Shown here: positions 41,801-51,360 of the stretch, in pieces
Layout of the letters: every line of letters starts with the position of its first letter
How positions within the stretch are numbered: the first letter of the stretch is position 1
Source: a virus
Lineage: Duplodnaviria; Caudoviricetes
IMG/VR virus record: IMGVR_UViG_3300017914_003245
Coordinates: 13,471 to 77,470 of that record
Strand: one strand, 5' to 3'
Length of the DNA stretch: 64,000 nucleotides
The notes under the pieces: model-generated
What the model was told of the DNA's origin: nothing
What the model saw: the letters and a program-made list of their open reading frames with translations, nothing else
Database searches by the model: none
Made by a program: the position numbers and the translations under genes

Positions 41801-44800
41801 TTAAAGCTAAATACATTACCTTTTTCATTTTCTAGAAAGTAATCTATTAAATTATTTCTAATTTTCTCAGCTTCTTGAGCCTGCTCTTTACTTGCTCCAA
41901 TTGCAGACATTGCAAATTCATCAAATTCCCTAGACATTGCAATACTTCTGTCTCTATTTTCCTTATTTTTGCCTTTGTTTGCTCGAGCAGATATTTTTGC
42001 ATCTCTTTCTGCTGGAGTCATATATCTACCTCCTTTTTGAAAATACTCTTGATATTTTTCAACTCCTTTAACATGTGAGAGTTCGTCTAAATGAGGAACA
42101 GCTCCACTTCTTTTTGCTAAAACATCGAAAGATTTAATTAAAGCATCTCCAGCTGTCTGTTCGGAATCTAAACCTAATATTTTTGCGCTTTCTTTAATAT
42201 TTGGAATTTTTCCAATATTCGTTTTAAGTTCTCCAGCTTGAATTATTGATTGAAGGCCTTGTGAGTAAGATTGCGCTTGAGTAGCTATTCTCTCATCATT
42301 TTGCTTTTGAATTGCTTCTGTATTTTCTTTCATAGCAGACGTATAACCATCAAACGCTCCGTATAAGGCTCCAGCAGCAACCACAAATGGTGCAGCTGGA
42401 CCAAAAAATGGAGCAATCATGCTTGCCATATATCCAGTTGAGGCAGCTCCCTGTAAAGCTCCTCCCGCATTATACATAGCAGCCCCGGATCCTGTTTGTC
42501 CAGGACCATCTCCCTGCAAGTATGCGGCGGCCATAGGTAGTCCTAGAATTGCAGTCATACCCGCATTACCCCTAATCTGAGCTCCCCTTCGCTGCCTGCT
42601 TTGTTGAGTTAGCTGAGTCTCGGCTTGAGCTCTAGCTGTTTTTGCTGCGGTTAATTTATTTTCTGCTGCAGCTGCACGTCTTGTCGCTTCAGTTTTTGTT
42701 CTTTCTGAAGCGTAAGCAGATTGAGATATACTTGAATAACGTCTTTTGTGTTCGGTTAATTTTTTAATTTCTGCATCATGCTTGGCCATTTCTGCTCTTG
42801 ATTTTTCCATTTGAGCATTATAGTCTTCAACAGTTGCGTTGCCCCTTAGACCGCTAAATAAATCCGTAATCATTCCAGGCATTGCGTAATTAGGCACAAA
42901 GCCTTTCGCTCCAAAAACATCCCTCAATCCATTGGGTTCATCTTTAGTATTGGTTACTCCAAGGCCAATTGGATTTCCTTTATTAACTAAAGCTGGATGA
43001 GAATCTACTCGAATTTGAGAAACAGGTACTCCTGCTTGACGTTCTCTTGATATTGCGTCTGCAAGAGGGTTCGCATAATTAGGAATAAATCCTCCAGAAA
43101 GCAAAACGGGGCTTGAGCTTTTCCCACGTAATCCTAGTCGAATCGACTCCTTTCCGGTGAGAGCTTTTGCCATTGCATTTTTGGGGGCAGAACCCCTAGA
43201 TCCTCTAAATATTATTTCCTTAGCAATTTTAGCAGCCATTGAAGCCTGCAGTTCTCGACCGTCTGAAATCTTAAAGTCTCCCCTTGGTGCGATTGGGCCA
43301 TACAACTTTTTGAGTTCAGGAGTCGCCATTCTAACATCAAAATCGCCACCCATATAATTGCTATCTGTAGCTTCGGTTTTCAGCCTTCTGGATAAAGCTT
43401 CTTCAAATACAGCGCCATACAGGCCACTAATAGCTCCTTTTGCTCCGCTGCGACCTCCCTCTGGTCCCATAAATTGCTTAATGATTGAATCTGCAGATGA
43501 TGCTGGAATTTTTTCAATACTTGGTCCTAATTGCAGTTGATTCGCCACTTTTACAGTTTGAGTTCCTATAACTTTTCCAAGTTCCTTGAGCGCTTGAGGA
43601 ACAACTCTTTGTTGATTATCTAAAGCTGACTCTGTATAACCACCTTTTTTGACTCCTGCAATATTAAATAATATATTTTTATTAATTTTTTGACCGAATA
43701 CAGGTTTTCCGCCTTTCGATCCAGGAGAAACTCCAGATCCTCCGCCAGAAACTTTTCTTCCATACCCCTCAAAAGGAATCAGCATAGTTGCAACACGTCT
43801 AGCGTCAATAGTATTTCCCTTATTAAAGTTGGGAATAAATCCATCTGCAGCATAAGGGTCAAAACCATGAACCTCCCCAAATGCTTTTTGATAATTTTTG
43901 CCAGCCTTACTTGATTGAGGAGGCATGATAGCTGGCTGTTTAAAACCAGCAAAATTCTTGACTTGCTCTGCGCTATTGTATATGACCGAGCCTTGTCCTG
44001 GCATATCCATAGCTCGAATATTTCCTGCGGCATAGCCTCCCTCTGCTGCTTGCTGACGTTCCGAAAAATTAGGTATGTGACCGTAAGCCCTATTTCTTCT
44101 TGGACTTAGGCTTGGACCGTAACCCTGTCTGTACAACGTAGACGCTGCCTGCTTGGAAACTTCATTTAAAATTCTGGCTTGAGCAACCTGAGACTGTATT
44201 AAACCTAAAATTATTTTTTCTTTTTCTGCTCGACTAATATCAGTGCGCAACATTTCTTTATTCAGCGCTGCATTTTGACCGAACAAAGTAACAAGAGATG
44301 TTTGTATAGCCTTTTGTTTTTGAGCTTGCGTGGTAATACCGACAAGAGAATTCAAACTATCTTTTGTGAATTTAAATGCTTGAGCAAATAGCTTAACAAA
44401 TACAGTTGTTAATACTACCAAACCTGGGCCAGTGATTATATTACCTAAACCTTTTAAAAATCCTGTTGCAAATTTATTTCCCGTACTCTCCCCGTCGCCA
44501 AGAATACCAGATGCAGACTCCGCAAAAGATTTTACAGTGTTCAATATTTTCTCCATGCCTGGAGCAAGCATAATCTCGCCGATTTGAGCGCTTAATTGTT
44601 TAATTGCTAAACCTGTTTCTGTTGCCATGGCAGACATGGTTTCTCTCAATTGCTCATTTTTTGTTATAGCTTCGTCAGTTGCTCCAGCAGCGATTTGAGT
44701 TGCTGTAGACAAGATACCATTTTGTTTTGCTGCATCACCCAGAACAGCTTTAAGCACGTTGATTTGGAATACTCCACCAACGGTTTGTGCAATTTGAGCT

Positions 44801-45702
44801 TTCTGAGATTCGCTGAGTTTATCAAAAGTATTTGCTAGATCTGTTAAAATTCTTTTTGCTCCTAATGTTTTGCCCTCAATATCTCTGACAGCAATACCTA
44901 AATTTTCTAATTGATTCAAAGTATCCGTTCGGCCAACTCTTGTAAAAATTGTTTTTAACGAGTTTCCGATCACCTTACCTCCTCGAGCAGTTTGTTGTTG
45001 AGCTGCAGTAACAAAACCAATTAACTCATCTATATCTACTCCAGCACCTTTTGCAGCTGCACCTGTTCTTGCAATAGCGTCAGCAAAATCTTCGGCGCTT
45101 ACTGCAAATTGAACGTCAACAGCAGCAAATTTACTAACCAATTGGGTAGTATCCTTTATCTGGCTTCCATAAGTATTCATCGCAGCAGTCAACGACTTTA
45201 CAGCTTCGGCAGAATCCATTCCCGTCAATCGAGTAAGAATCAACGCATCTTTTGTACGTCTCAAAGACTCTTCGACAGCTAAACCTTGACGGGCATATTC
45301 AGTTGCAGCTTGAGCGGCTATATTAAAAGCTGCACCAGTTTCTTTTGCAACCTTAAAAAGGCTGTCGCTAAATTTATCTAAGTTTTTAGCGCTAAGGCCC
45401 ATAACAACATTAATGTCCGCAAGAGCTTTTTCGACCTCCACCATATTTTTAACCATTCCCTTAAAAGCATCAGAAACTCCATTGATAATTGCCATACTCG
45501 CACCGAATGCAATAATACGAGCATTTGCAGCCTCCATTGATTTACTAAACTCATCAGCACCACGCTTCATGTTGCCCAAAGGTTGCGTGGCACCCTTATC
45601 GTCAACAGTAATTTTTATCGGTTGACGACGAATTCTATTTATTGCAGCCTGAACTGAAGCCTCAAGAGGTTTTGTATTCCCATGTATGTCAAGATCAATC
45701 AT
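38845..45702 (-). CDS. Tape measure protein
   Basis: 2285 aa, Ala/Gly-rich and helical. Phage minor-tail domain (FAAVDVQFAVSAEDFADAI), coiled coils, C-terminal GG repeats and AMLSDGEYVI. Confidence 0.93.
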   Translation of the reverse strand: MIDLDIHGNTKPLEASVQAAINRIRRQPIKITVDDKGATQPLGNMKRGADEFSKSMEAANARIIAFGASMAIINGVSDAFKGMVKNMVEVEKALADINVVMGLSAKNLDKFSDSLFKVAKETGAAFNIAAQAATEYARQGLAVEESLRRTKDALILTRLTGMDSAEAVKSLTAAMNTYGSQIKDTTQLVSKFAAVDVQFAVSAEDFADAIARTGAAAKGAGVDIDELIGFVTAAQQQTARGGKVIGNSLKTIFTRVGRTDTLNQLENLGIAVRDIEGKTLGAKRILTDLANTFDKLSESQKAQIAQTVGGVFQINVLKAVLGDAAKQNGILSTATQIAAGATDEAITKNEQLRETMSAMATETGLAIKQLSAQIGEIMLAPGMEKILNTVKSFAESASGILGDGESTGNKFATGFLKGLGNIITGPGLVVLTTVFVKLFAQAFKFTKDSLNSLVGITTQAQKQKAIQTSLVTLFGQNAALNKEMLRTDISRAEKEKIILGLIQSQVAQARILNEVSKQAASTLYRQGYGPSLSPRRNRAYGHIPNFSERQQAAEGGYAAGNIRAMDMPGQGSVIYNSAEQVKNFAGFKQPAIMPPQSSKAGKNYQKAFGEVHGFDPYAADGFIPNFNKGNTIDARRVATMLIPFEGYGRKVSGGGSGVSPGSKGGKPVFGQKINKNILFNIAGVKKGGYTESALDNQQRVVPQALKELGKVIGTQTVKVANQLQLGPSIEKIPASSADSIIKQFMGPEGGRSGAKGAISGLYGAVFEEALSRRLKTEATDSNYMGGDFDVRMATPELKKLYGPIAPRGDFKISDGRELQASMAAKIAKEIIFRGSRGSAPKNAMAKALTGKESIRLGLRGKSSSPVLLSGGFIPNYANPLADAISRERQAGVPVSQIRVDSHPALVNKGNPIGLGVTNTKDEPNGLRDVFGAKGFVPNYAMPGMITDLFSGLRGNATVEDYNAQMEKSRAEMAKHDAEIKKLTEHKRRYSSISQSAYASERTKTEATRRAAAAENKLTAAKTARAQAETQLTQQSRQRRGAQIRGNAGMTAILGLPMAAAYLQGDGPGQTGSGAAMYNAGGALQGAASTGYMASMIAPFFGPAAPFVVAAGALYGAFDGYTSAMKENTEAIQKQNDERIATQAQSYSQGLQSIIQAGELKTNIGKIPNIKESAKILGLDSEQTAGDALIKSFDVLAKRSGAVPHLDELSHVKGVEKYQEYFQKGGRYMTPAERDAKISARANKGKNKENRDRSIAMSREFDEFAMSAIGASKEQAQEAEKIRNNLIDYFLENEKGNVFSFNFGQRTIADLSKEEYAKVLKGESITRKIRGKSQKFQASDKEVAEEVNPGLKKLKDEYEKQQAERYQGLIVQIDKEKAARTVRKQTFNAEMKIKKEALARSNLYLVETELQKKFLSEKEVAQLKYNKALDEAADNLKSGKIASEAKTRESFAKIAETDSDFRAGLAKSLGIKGEKMGDNATIADITDALALIEIDKLIEAVEKYKATLGDDASEKSNKILIEAITEEHVEANRQLQEGNNLKVKGIELENQRNQILADRNRIIRENSDALQAYNRETEHKEKIREFQSQQRDAAILASGGYETKEMKAQRAVDELPKTVENIRRGYTGQIKQQLGDLGLDQDLQEEYFMQGTNLSDLTEKQTQKELSPIDAQILDNTTRGASILKKGDKATDEELDELKELRKENLELEKSKDKILEKSERHKKLISDTKEKIQQLTKEERDHVKAIEDGAKARLKSIQNMKGDGLKFGLKRGFAEMREQVDFMDYHLGKQIPQKFADGLAGALGEAMNGTKKLDEALQDAALNFLQMIQQAFLQKMAYSIVGGIGGGFNNGGSVKKYSKGGNVPAYVSNGEYVMSRQAVNKYGGAFMHQINTGTGIPKFSGGGAIEKTGIAEKLLEAKAKKQAQLRSAVEENLLSKGVISREADSGPGRPAEAGSALAANFGGSRGFVSGREYQKRAMSAFFYSQSGNVGVQEDAGAMQKILSEEERIRQEAEARRRAKKAKRRKLLTTIGMTILTAGLSSAFSSAAESGALGEGLMMDSWARSSGTSIDGAKALQSMNPGMSFGEAMQRSQPFENDYGGIIFDNTTMGVSRGGKINKYSFGGGALTPLLNPSLTEALREKEEVEKKNNGGWISGKTGIDQIPAMLSDGEYVIKASSARRLGRPMLDQINAGKFNEGGMVGGDEALGSQDSESISGNTNNISITINLEKGQAVESDRQQSGAQEGGKNSDNQEKNSAELAERVKHQVVAVILEEQRPGGLLSKTV

Positions 45703-45740
45703 ATTCCTTATTCCTTAGATAAGGATATTATACACTAAAA

Positions 45741-46727
45741 TTATGTTACGCCGTGCAATTTCATCAAATCTTGCATGTTTAAGCTGCCACCTTTCTTTTT
45801 GGCTTCGGCATGAAGGTCTACGGCTCCTGCAGGTTTTGATATTCCAAGTCGTTCATAATCTTCATCTTTTGCTCCAATTATGGTTCCTCCATCACCTGTA
45901 GACAATTTATCTTTTGCTTTTTCTCTTTCTTCTTTTGAGCTGCTACCAAATTCTAATAACTTGGCAGGGTCTTGACGTATAGATTCAGGAATATTATCGT
46001 TTGTATCAAATATATTTTTAAATATTCTTGTATAAACAATTAATTTTATTTGATTGTATGTTAATTCACAAAATGGTTTTCCATAAAATTGCATGCTATC
46101 CTCTGCAAAACTAAGATATGGATTGTAAAAATCTTCGAGTATTGTATATTGTACATTCTCTTCCTGAAAGTTTTTAAACACATCATTGTATACATTAATC
46201 ACATGTTTAATATCATACTCCTCTAGCTGATCAAACACTTCTTCATCAAATAAAGGATCGCTTAAATCCTTATCCTCAAAAAAAGATTTAATCATATAAA
46301 AATCATTTGCCCTATCTTTCGCATAACGCTCACAGGTATTACCAATAAGATTGTATTTTTGTAATTCTTTTTCTTGTAGCAATTTACTTTCTTTATTAAT
46401 AACCTTCTTTTGTCGATCAATATCTCTTTGCAAAACAAGTTTAGCAAGAGCCTTATTTAAATTTTCAAGATATAATTTTTTAGAATTTATAAATTCGTCT
46501 TCCGCAGTACTCCATTCTCCCTCTTTAATGAGATAGTCCAGCATCTCTCTTTCTGTTGGAACTCCTCGTTTTTTAGCTCGATTAAAATATACCTCTTCTA
46601 TCTCCTCAAGTTCTACTTGGTCATGGGGACTTAGATGCTTTATGTATACAAGCTTATCATTAACTTCTGCTGTCGAGAAGCCTCGGACTATATCCCTAAA
46701 TACTCTTCTGCGCTTTGATGATTCCAC
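45741..46727 (-). CDS. Tail assembly chaperone-like protein (paralog 2)
   Basis: Directly upstream of the TMP. GTG start. Similar to 46731-47546. Confidence 0.55.
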   Translation of the reverse strand: MESSKRRRVFRDIVRGFSTAEVNDKLVYIKHLSPHDQVELEEIEEVYFNRAKKRGVPTEREMLDYLIKEGEWSTAEDEFINSKKLYLENLNKALAKLVLQRDIDRQKKVINKESKLLQEKELQKYNLIGNTCERYAKDRANDFYMIKSFFEDKDLSDPLFDEEVFDQLEEYDIKHVINVYNDVFKNFQEENVQYTILEDFYNPYLSFAEDSMQFYGKPFCELTYNQIKLIVYTRIFKNIFDTNDNIPESIRQDPAKLLEFGSSSKEEREKAKDKLSTGDGGTIIGAKDEDYERLGISKPAGAVDLHAEAKKKGGSLNMQDLMKLHGVT

Positions 46728-46730
46728 GCA

Positions 46731-47546
46731 TCATACATTTCCTTCTTCGATATCTCTATCGAGCTTTTCAAAATCTGCACGAATAACGGCGCCAGAACTA
46801 TAGTACCAAAAGCTATATAATGCAGCAATTTTTCCACCAACAATATCATACAATTCATCACCCTCTTCTTCCATTTCATAGTACCTTGAAAGCTTCTGCT
46901 CAAAAGTATTTCCTTCGAATAAAGGCTTAGATTCATCTTCGTCTTCTTTTTGTATATTGGTAAGATTCAATATATACCATTGTATAACTTTATTTTCTGC
47001 ACGAACATCAGCAGTATGATTAAATAAATTAGAATATGATGTTTCAACATTAACAATATCTTTTCGAAGCGTAGCAATTTCTCCAGCGATATCATCCATT
47101 TTCTTTTTTTCTTTATCGCTTAAAGATGAAACTCTCACACTTAACTTTTCACCTTCCTGAGATAGCTCTCCATACCTGACATACATTTTGGTTAGATTTT
47201 TTGCATCTTCTTCTGCAAGAAGTCCTCCCGTATCACTGTATTTTTTGGCAAGCATAGCTTTAGTGAGTATTCCCTTTTTAATACAATTACTCATCTCAAC
47301 ACTAAACTCTAATTCAGCCTCTTCGATTTCTCTGCGAGTTGGTTGTTTCATAATTACCCTGTAAGGAATTGCCTCGGTAACCTCTTTGGTTACGGACAAC
47401 TCTTCCTCTTCGCCAGTTTCTTCGTTTTTAACTTTTTTAGTTTCAGTGCGTTTTACTTTTTCTTCTTTCTCAAATGTGAAGCTGTAAATTTCTCGCATTT
47501 TTTTGCGAGTGTCGTCCATAGTAAGAGTTGTTTTTGTTTCTGTCAT
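46731..47546 (-). CDS. Tail assembly chaperone-like protein (paralog 1)
   Basis: Position and acidic helical composition. Motifs KKGILTKAML and PLFEG are shared with the downstream ORF. Confidence 0.55.
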   Translation of the reverse strand: MTETKTTLTMDDTRKKMREIYSFTFEKEEKVKRTETKKVKNEETGEEEELSVTKEVTEAIPYRVIMKQPTRREIEEAELEFSVEMSNCIKKGILTKAMLAKKYSDTGGLLAEEDAKNLTKMYVRYGELSQEGEKLSVRVSSLSDKEKKKMDDIAGEIATLRKDIVNVETSYSNLFNHTADVRAENKVIQWYILNLTNIQKEDEDESKPLFEGNTFEQKLSRYYEMEEEGDELYDIVGGKIAALYSFWYYSSGAVIRADFEKLDRDIEEGNV

Positions 47547-47548
47547 GA

Positions 47549-47836
47549 TTATTTAAATGTAAAGCCTATAGTATAATTATCTAAATCTCCTTGAATATTT
47601 CTAATTGTTTCGTTACCAATATCCAAAGTTCTTTTGCGAAGATATTGTAACTTATCTTCATCAAAGTAATCGGCTTGATCAACAATAGGGACACAACCCT
47701 CTGGAAGATTATTTCTTAACTTTTTGAAATTAATCTCATGCTCTTTATGTAAGTCCTCAAGCATTACGAGAAAACCCTTAAAAAGGGAAACCGTATTCCT
47801 GTGACAACATTTCTTGAAAATGTCTTCTGCGTTCAT
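47549..47836 (-). CDS. Hypothetical protein
   Basis: 95-aa ORF preceded by TGTGTAT. Confidence 0.6.
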   Translation of the reverse strand: MNAEDIFKKCCHRNTVSLFKGFLVMLEDLHKEHEINFKKLRNNLPEGCVPIVDQADYFDEDKLQYLRKRTLDIGNETIRNIQGDLDNYTIGFTFK

Positions 47837-47859
47837 TAAACCTTATACCTTGAAATGAT

Positions 47860-47886
47860 ATACACAAAAAATAATCTTTAGTGTAA
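47860..47886. promoter_or_regulatory. Divergent GTGTA(A/T) motifs, candidate late promoters
   Basis: TGTGTAT on the minus strand (47866-47860) and AGTGTAA on the plus strand (47880-47886). Confidence 0.5.
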
Positions 47887-47894
47887 AAACTTTC

Positions 47895-48374
47895 ATGACA
47901 GAATTTTTATCACCATCTGACAAAGAGAGTATTGCTGCAAATTTATTAGACCTTCATGATACATTTGGTCGAGAGATAGTAGTATATAAAGAAGCTAAAA
48001 AAGTTATTATCAGCACAGACCCGAGTTTTAATTATTTATACGGCAAGGCAGGTAAAACAACCCCAAGTGTTCAAAACGTACCAGTAAGAAAAGTTTTTAA
48101 GGCTAGGGTAAGATATGATACAGATCGAAGCTTAGAATATTTCGGGGAAACACAAACACAAGCAAAAATTAAAAGGCCTGACTCAAATAGCATTGTTCGC
48201 ATAAAACTAAAGATAGAAGATTACGACTATATCAAAGATGCAAAAAGAATTGAGCTTGATGGAAGAATGTTTTCTGTTTACTCGGATCCAAGACCACATG
48301 GTTTATTTGATGTCATGCAATTCGTAACAATATTTTTACTACCAGTTGAACAAAATGGCCAGTCCACTAAATAG
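47895..48374 (+). CDS. Head-closure (stopper)-like protein
   Basis: Beta-rich with RIELDGRMFSV, first gene of a neck/tail cluster. Confidence 0.5.
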   Translation: MTEFLSPSDKESIAANLLDLHDTFGREIVVYKEAKKVIISTDPSFNYLYGKAGKTTPSVQNVPVRKVFKARVRYDTDRSLEYFGETQTQAKIKRPDSNSIVRIKLKIEDYDYIKDAKRIELDGRMFSVYSDPRPHGLFDVMQFVTIFLLPVEQNGQSTK

Positions 48375-48978
48375 ATCAGTTAAGAATATTTTGCACAAAA
48401 AAATAAGCTCAAATAAGGAGCTTCAACTAAAGACTAGACTATTTATAGAAAAGCAATTTAAAATTGCTCACGGAAAACTTATGGCAGACTTTGACAGTCA
48501 TCCAGTAACACGAGAACTTGATGCAGGAAGCTCGTCTTCAAATATAACAGGCACGCTACAATCAGGAAATTTATTTGGTTTTATAGGATTCAACGAGGGA
48601 ACAAACCCTACCTCGCAAATAAGAAATCTACTAAACAGTACAAATATTTTAATTAAACATAGAAAAATGTCTTCTTTTGGATTTATATGGACATACATGG
48701 TCACGTCTCCATCAATGAGAGATTTATATAAAATTACCCCAATGCCTTGGGCCACAGGAGCAAGTTGGCTAAAAGAACTAGAAGGTAGAGGAATTCCTAA
48801 CTTAGGACAGTATATGTATAAAACTTTAAAATCTAGCAGATCTCAAGCAGGATTTCAAAATGCAAATTTACCAGCAGGAGGTAGAGTAAGAGTTTCATAC
48901 ATTAAAGAACTTTTGCAAGACTTTGAAAACAATTTAAATTCAATTCAAGCATCTAGAGTATCACGCGGCCTTTTTTAA
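48346..48978 (+). CDS. Neck/tail completion protein (putative)
   Basis: Basic 210-aa ORF between the stopper-like and terminator-like genes. Confidence 0.4.
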   Translation: MNKMASPLNRSVKNILHKKISSNKELQLKTRLFIEKQFKIAHGKLMADFDSHPVTRELDAGSSSSNITGTLQSGNLFGFIGFNEGTNPTSQIRNLLNSTNILIKHRKMSSFGFIWTYMVTSPSMRDLYKITPMPWATGASWLKELEGRGIPNLGQYMYKTLKSSRSQAGFQNANLPAGGRVRVSYIKELLQDFENNLNSIQASRVSRGLF

Positions 48979-48979
48979 T

Positions 48980-49828
48980 ATGAAACCACAATTCCAACAC
49001 GAACTCACAACAAGCTTTATGCTTTGGGCAGATAATTATATTTCTGACAGAGGGGAAGCTTTTCAAAACTATAACTCTCCGCTCTATCCCATGGGCACAG
49101 ACGATCAGCTAGGAGATGCGTTTGTTGCATATAGTAGTCCTCATAAACAATGGGTTTTTGATGAAAGTATTGACGGCACACAAGTTCCAAGCGGTATTTA
49201 TAATAATGGAGAGTTTATAGAACGGGGAGAGCACGGCCTCATTCTTGATTTTGATGACGGCAGAGTTCTTTTAGAATCTTCTTTTGGGGCAAATAATCTT
49301 AATTTATCTGCCCAGTATTCTGTGAAAGATTTTAATTGGTATATAACAAATCAAACAGAAGAGCAATTAATTGTTGAGAGTAAATTTGATTCAAATGGAA
49401 GATTTAAACAAGAAGAATCTGGTATTGCTCCTCACACTCAAGTTGTTCCTGCAATTTTTGTTAATCCTGAGTTTATAGAAAATGAACCTTTTGCTTTTGG
49501 AGGAGAAGATAAAACATCAACAAATATAAGATGTGTTGTATTCGCAGAAAACACATATCAACTCGACGGAGCATTATCTATTTTTGCAGATTCTAAAAAT
49601 GAGGTATTTAAAAAACTCAAATTTGAAGACTATCCTCTCACAGAATATGGCGACGCGCCAGACTTTAACTATGTAAACTTAATAAACTCCAAGCCGAATA
49701 ACTTTTTACATATAGAAAATGTCACTTGTTCAAAATTAAGCGACAGAGTATCAAAGAACATAGATCCCTCTTTATTTATTGGATTTATTGATTTTGAAAT
49801 TACAAATTTAAGATTTCCAAGATCATAA
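48980..49828 (+). CDS. Tail terminator-like protein (putative)
   Basis: PAIFV...IRCVVFA...GFIDFEI terminator-type topology, directly before the tube gene. Confidence 0.5.
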   Translation: MKPQFQHELTTSFMLWADNYISDRGEAFQNYNSPLYPMGTDDQLGDAFVAYSSPHKQWVFDESIDGTQVPSGIYNNGEFIERGEHGLILDFDDGRVLLESSFGANNLNLSAQYSVKDFNWYITNQTEEQLIVESKFDSNGRFKQEESGIAPHTQVVPAIFVNPEFIENEPFAFGGEDKTSTNIRCVVFAENTYQLDGALSIFADSKNEVFKKLKFEDYPLTEYGDAPDFNYVNLINSKPNNFLHIENVTCSKLSDRVSKNIDPSLFIGFIDFEITNLRFPRS

Positions 49829-49892
49829 ACTTCCCTTCTGATTGTAAAAAATGTAATTAGAAGAAGAATTTAAATCCCACCCTTTTTTTATT

Positions 49893-51311
49893 ATGACAAA
49901 AACTTCAAACAGAGCTCGAGTAATTTATCAAAGTGAGGCACTTTATATTGGCACCACAGATGCAACAGGACATCATTATGCAACTGCAGATGATTGGAGA
50001 CAAGGATACAACGCAGTAGGTCGAAAAACGCATGCGACCTACCAAGAAGTCGAGGATCATATCGTTTCTAATCCCTCACATATCGTCAGAACAGGAGTAC
50101 ATCAACTAAGAAGAGTCCAAAGCGCAAATTATAGCTTCTCTATCAATCGTCAAGATGTTAATCAGTTTGGGCAGTTAGCTAGAATCGATTCTGTAGCAGT
50201 TGAACCCCCCACAGTGAGCTTAGATTTTTCATATTATTTAACTAATGGAATCAACGAACGTCTTTTGGGATTTGGCGTTACAGGACAAACTAATGCTCTT
50301 ACAGATGAAGTTTTACTTGGAAAGATTGATGAAGACGGACATCCAGTTGGAAAAAACTTTTTCATTCTTACTACCCCAGAAGGCAAAGATGCGGTAGGAT
50401 CAAAAAATCACGACACATCCATAGTAACAGAAGAAGGCTTAGGAAATAGTGTTATTGCATTAGGTAATGGTTTTGTTTCTAACTACTCTATCGAAGCCTC
50501 TGTTGGAGGCATGCCTACCGCGAATGTCACCATTGATGGGTTAAATTTAAGAACTTATAACGGAACTCACAAGCTTCCAAGTCCAGCAATTAACACAATT
50601 TATGGTAACGAAGTTGATGGAGTTGAGTTTTCATTGCCTCCAGCGGTTAGCGGTAAAGGCGAGGCAGGTATTGGACCCGATGAAATCTGGGGTTCTATAG
50701 ATGATTTTAGCGACGGAACTTATTTCGGAAACAATGAAGGTACAGAAGATGAAGGGTTGGCTTGTCTTCGCCCAGGAGATATCACACTGAGCCTTGGCAC
50801 AGATGGTATTGCTGGAGGATTCCAAAATCTTCCAAAAGATGACCCAAGGCTTGAAAACCATGATCCCTCGAAAGATTATAGCGATGGCTCCGCTCACATT
50901 CAAAGCTTTAGTATCGATGTTCCAATTAACAGGAGCGTAATTCAAAGACTTGGAAATACTTATGGTTACTCAAGAGTTACAGATTTCCCAATTAATATCT
51001 CTGTATCGGTAAATGCAATTCTTTCTGACCTCAAAAGTGGAAATGTTGCAGATATGCTATTCGATGAAGAAGAGCATGACCTTATGTTCACCATGAGAGA
51101 GCCAACCCAAAGCGGGAATGGCCCAATTGCACTGCAGTACATGATCAAAGGAGCAAGACTTGAAGGAGAATCGTTCTCTTCATCAATTGGAGACAATAAA
51201 TCAGTAGATATTACATTTACTGCTCAAGTAGGTGGTCCAGAAGACTTAAATAACGGAATCTTTATTTCCGGCTCAAGAAATGCAACGGGCATTCACCAAT
51301 ACTTTGCTTAA
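49893..51311 (+). CDS. Major tail tube protein (putative)
   Basis: LRRVQSANYSFSINRQDV, PTVSLDFSY, SFSSSIGDNKSVDITF. Followed by a strong terminator. Confidence 0.7.
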   Translation: MTKTSNRARVIYQSEALYIGTTDATGHHYATADDWRQGYNAVGRKTHATYQEVEDHIVSNPSHIVRTGVHQLRRVQSANYSFSINRQDVNQFGQLARIDSVAVEPPTVSLDFSYYLTNGINERLLGFGVTGQTNALTDEVLLGKIDEDGHPVGKNFFILTTPEGKDAVGSKNHDTSIVTEEGLGNSVIALGNGFVSNYSIEASVGGMPTANVTIDGLNLRTYNGTHKLPSPAINTIYGNEVDGVEFSLPPAVSGKGEAGIGPDEIWGSIDDFSDGTYFGNNEGTEDEGLACLRPGDITLSLGTDGIAGGFQNLPKDDPRLENHDPSKDYSDGSAHIQSFSIDVPINRSVIQRLGNTYGYSRVTDFPINISVSVNAILSDLKSGNVADMLFDEEEHDLMFTMREPTQSGNGPIALQYMIKGARLEGESFSSSIGDNKSVDITFTAQVGGPEDLNNGIFISGSRNATGIHQYFA

Positions 51312-51332
51312 TTTAAATTAACAGCCTCTATT

Positions 51333-51360
51333 AAAAACCCCGATTTATTCGGGGTTTTTT
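51333..51360. terminator. Bidirectional intrinsic terminator
   Basis: AAAAACCCCGA-tttat-TCGGGGTTTTTT between convergent genes. Confidence 0.88.
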
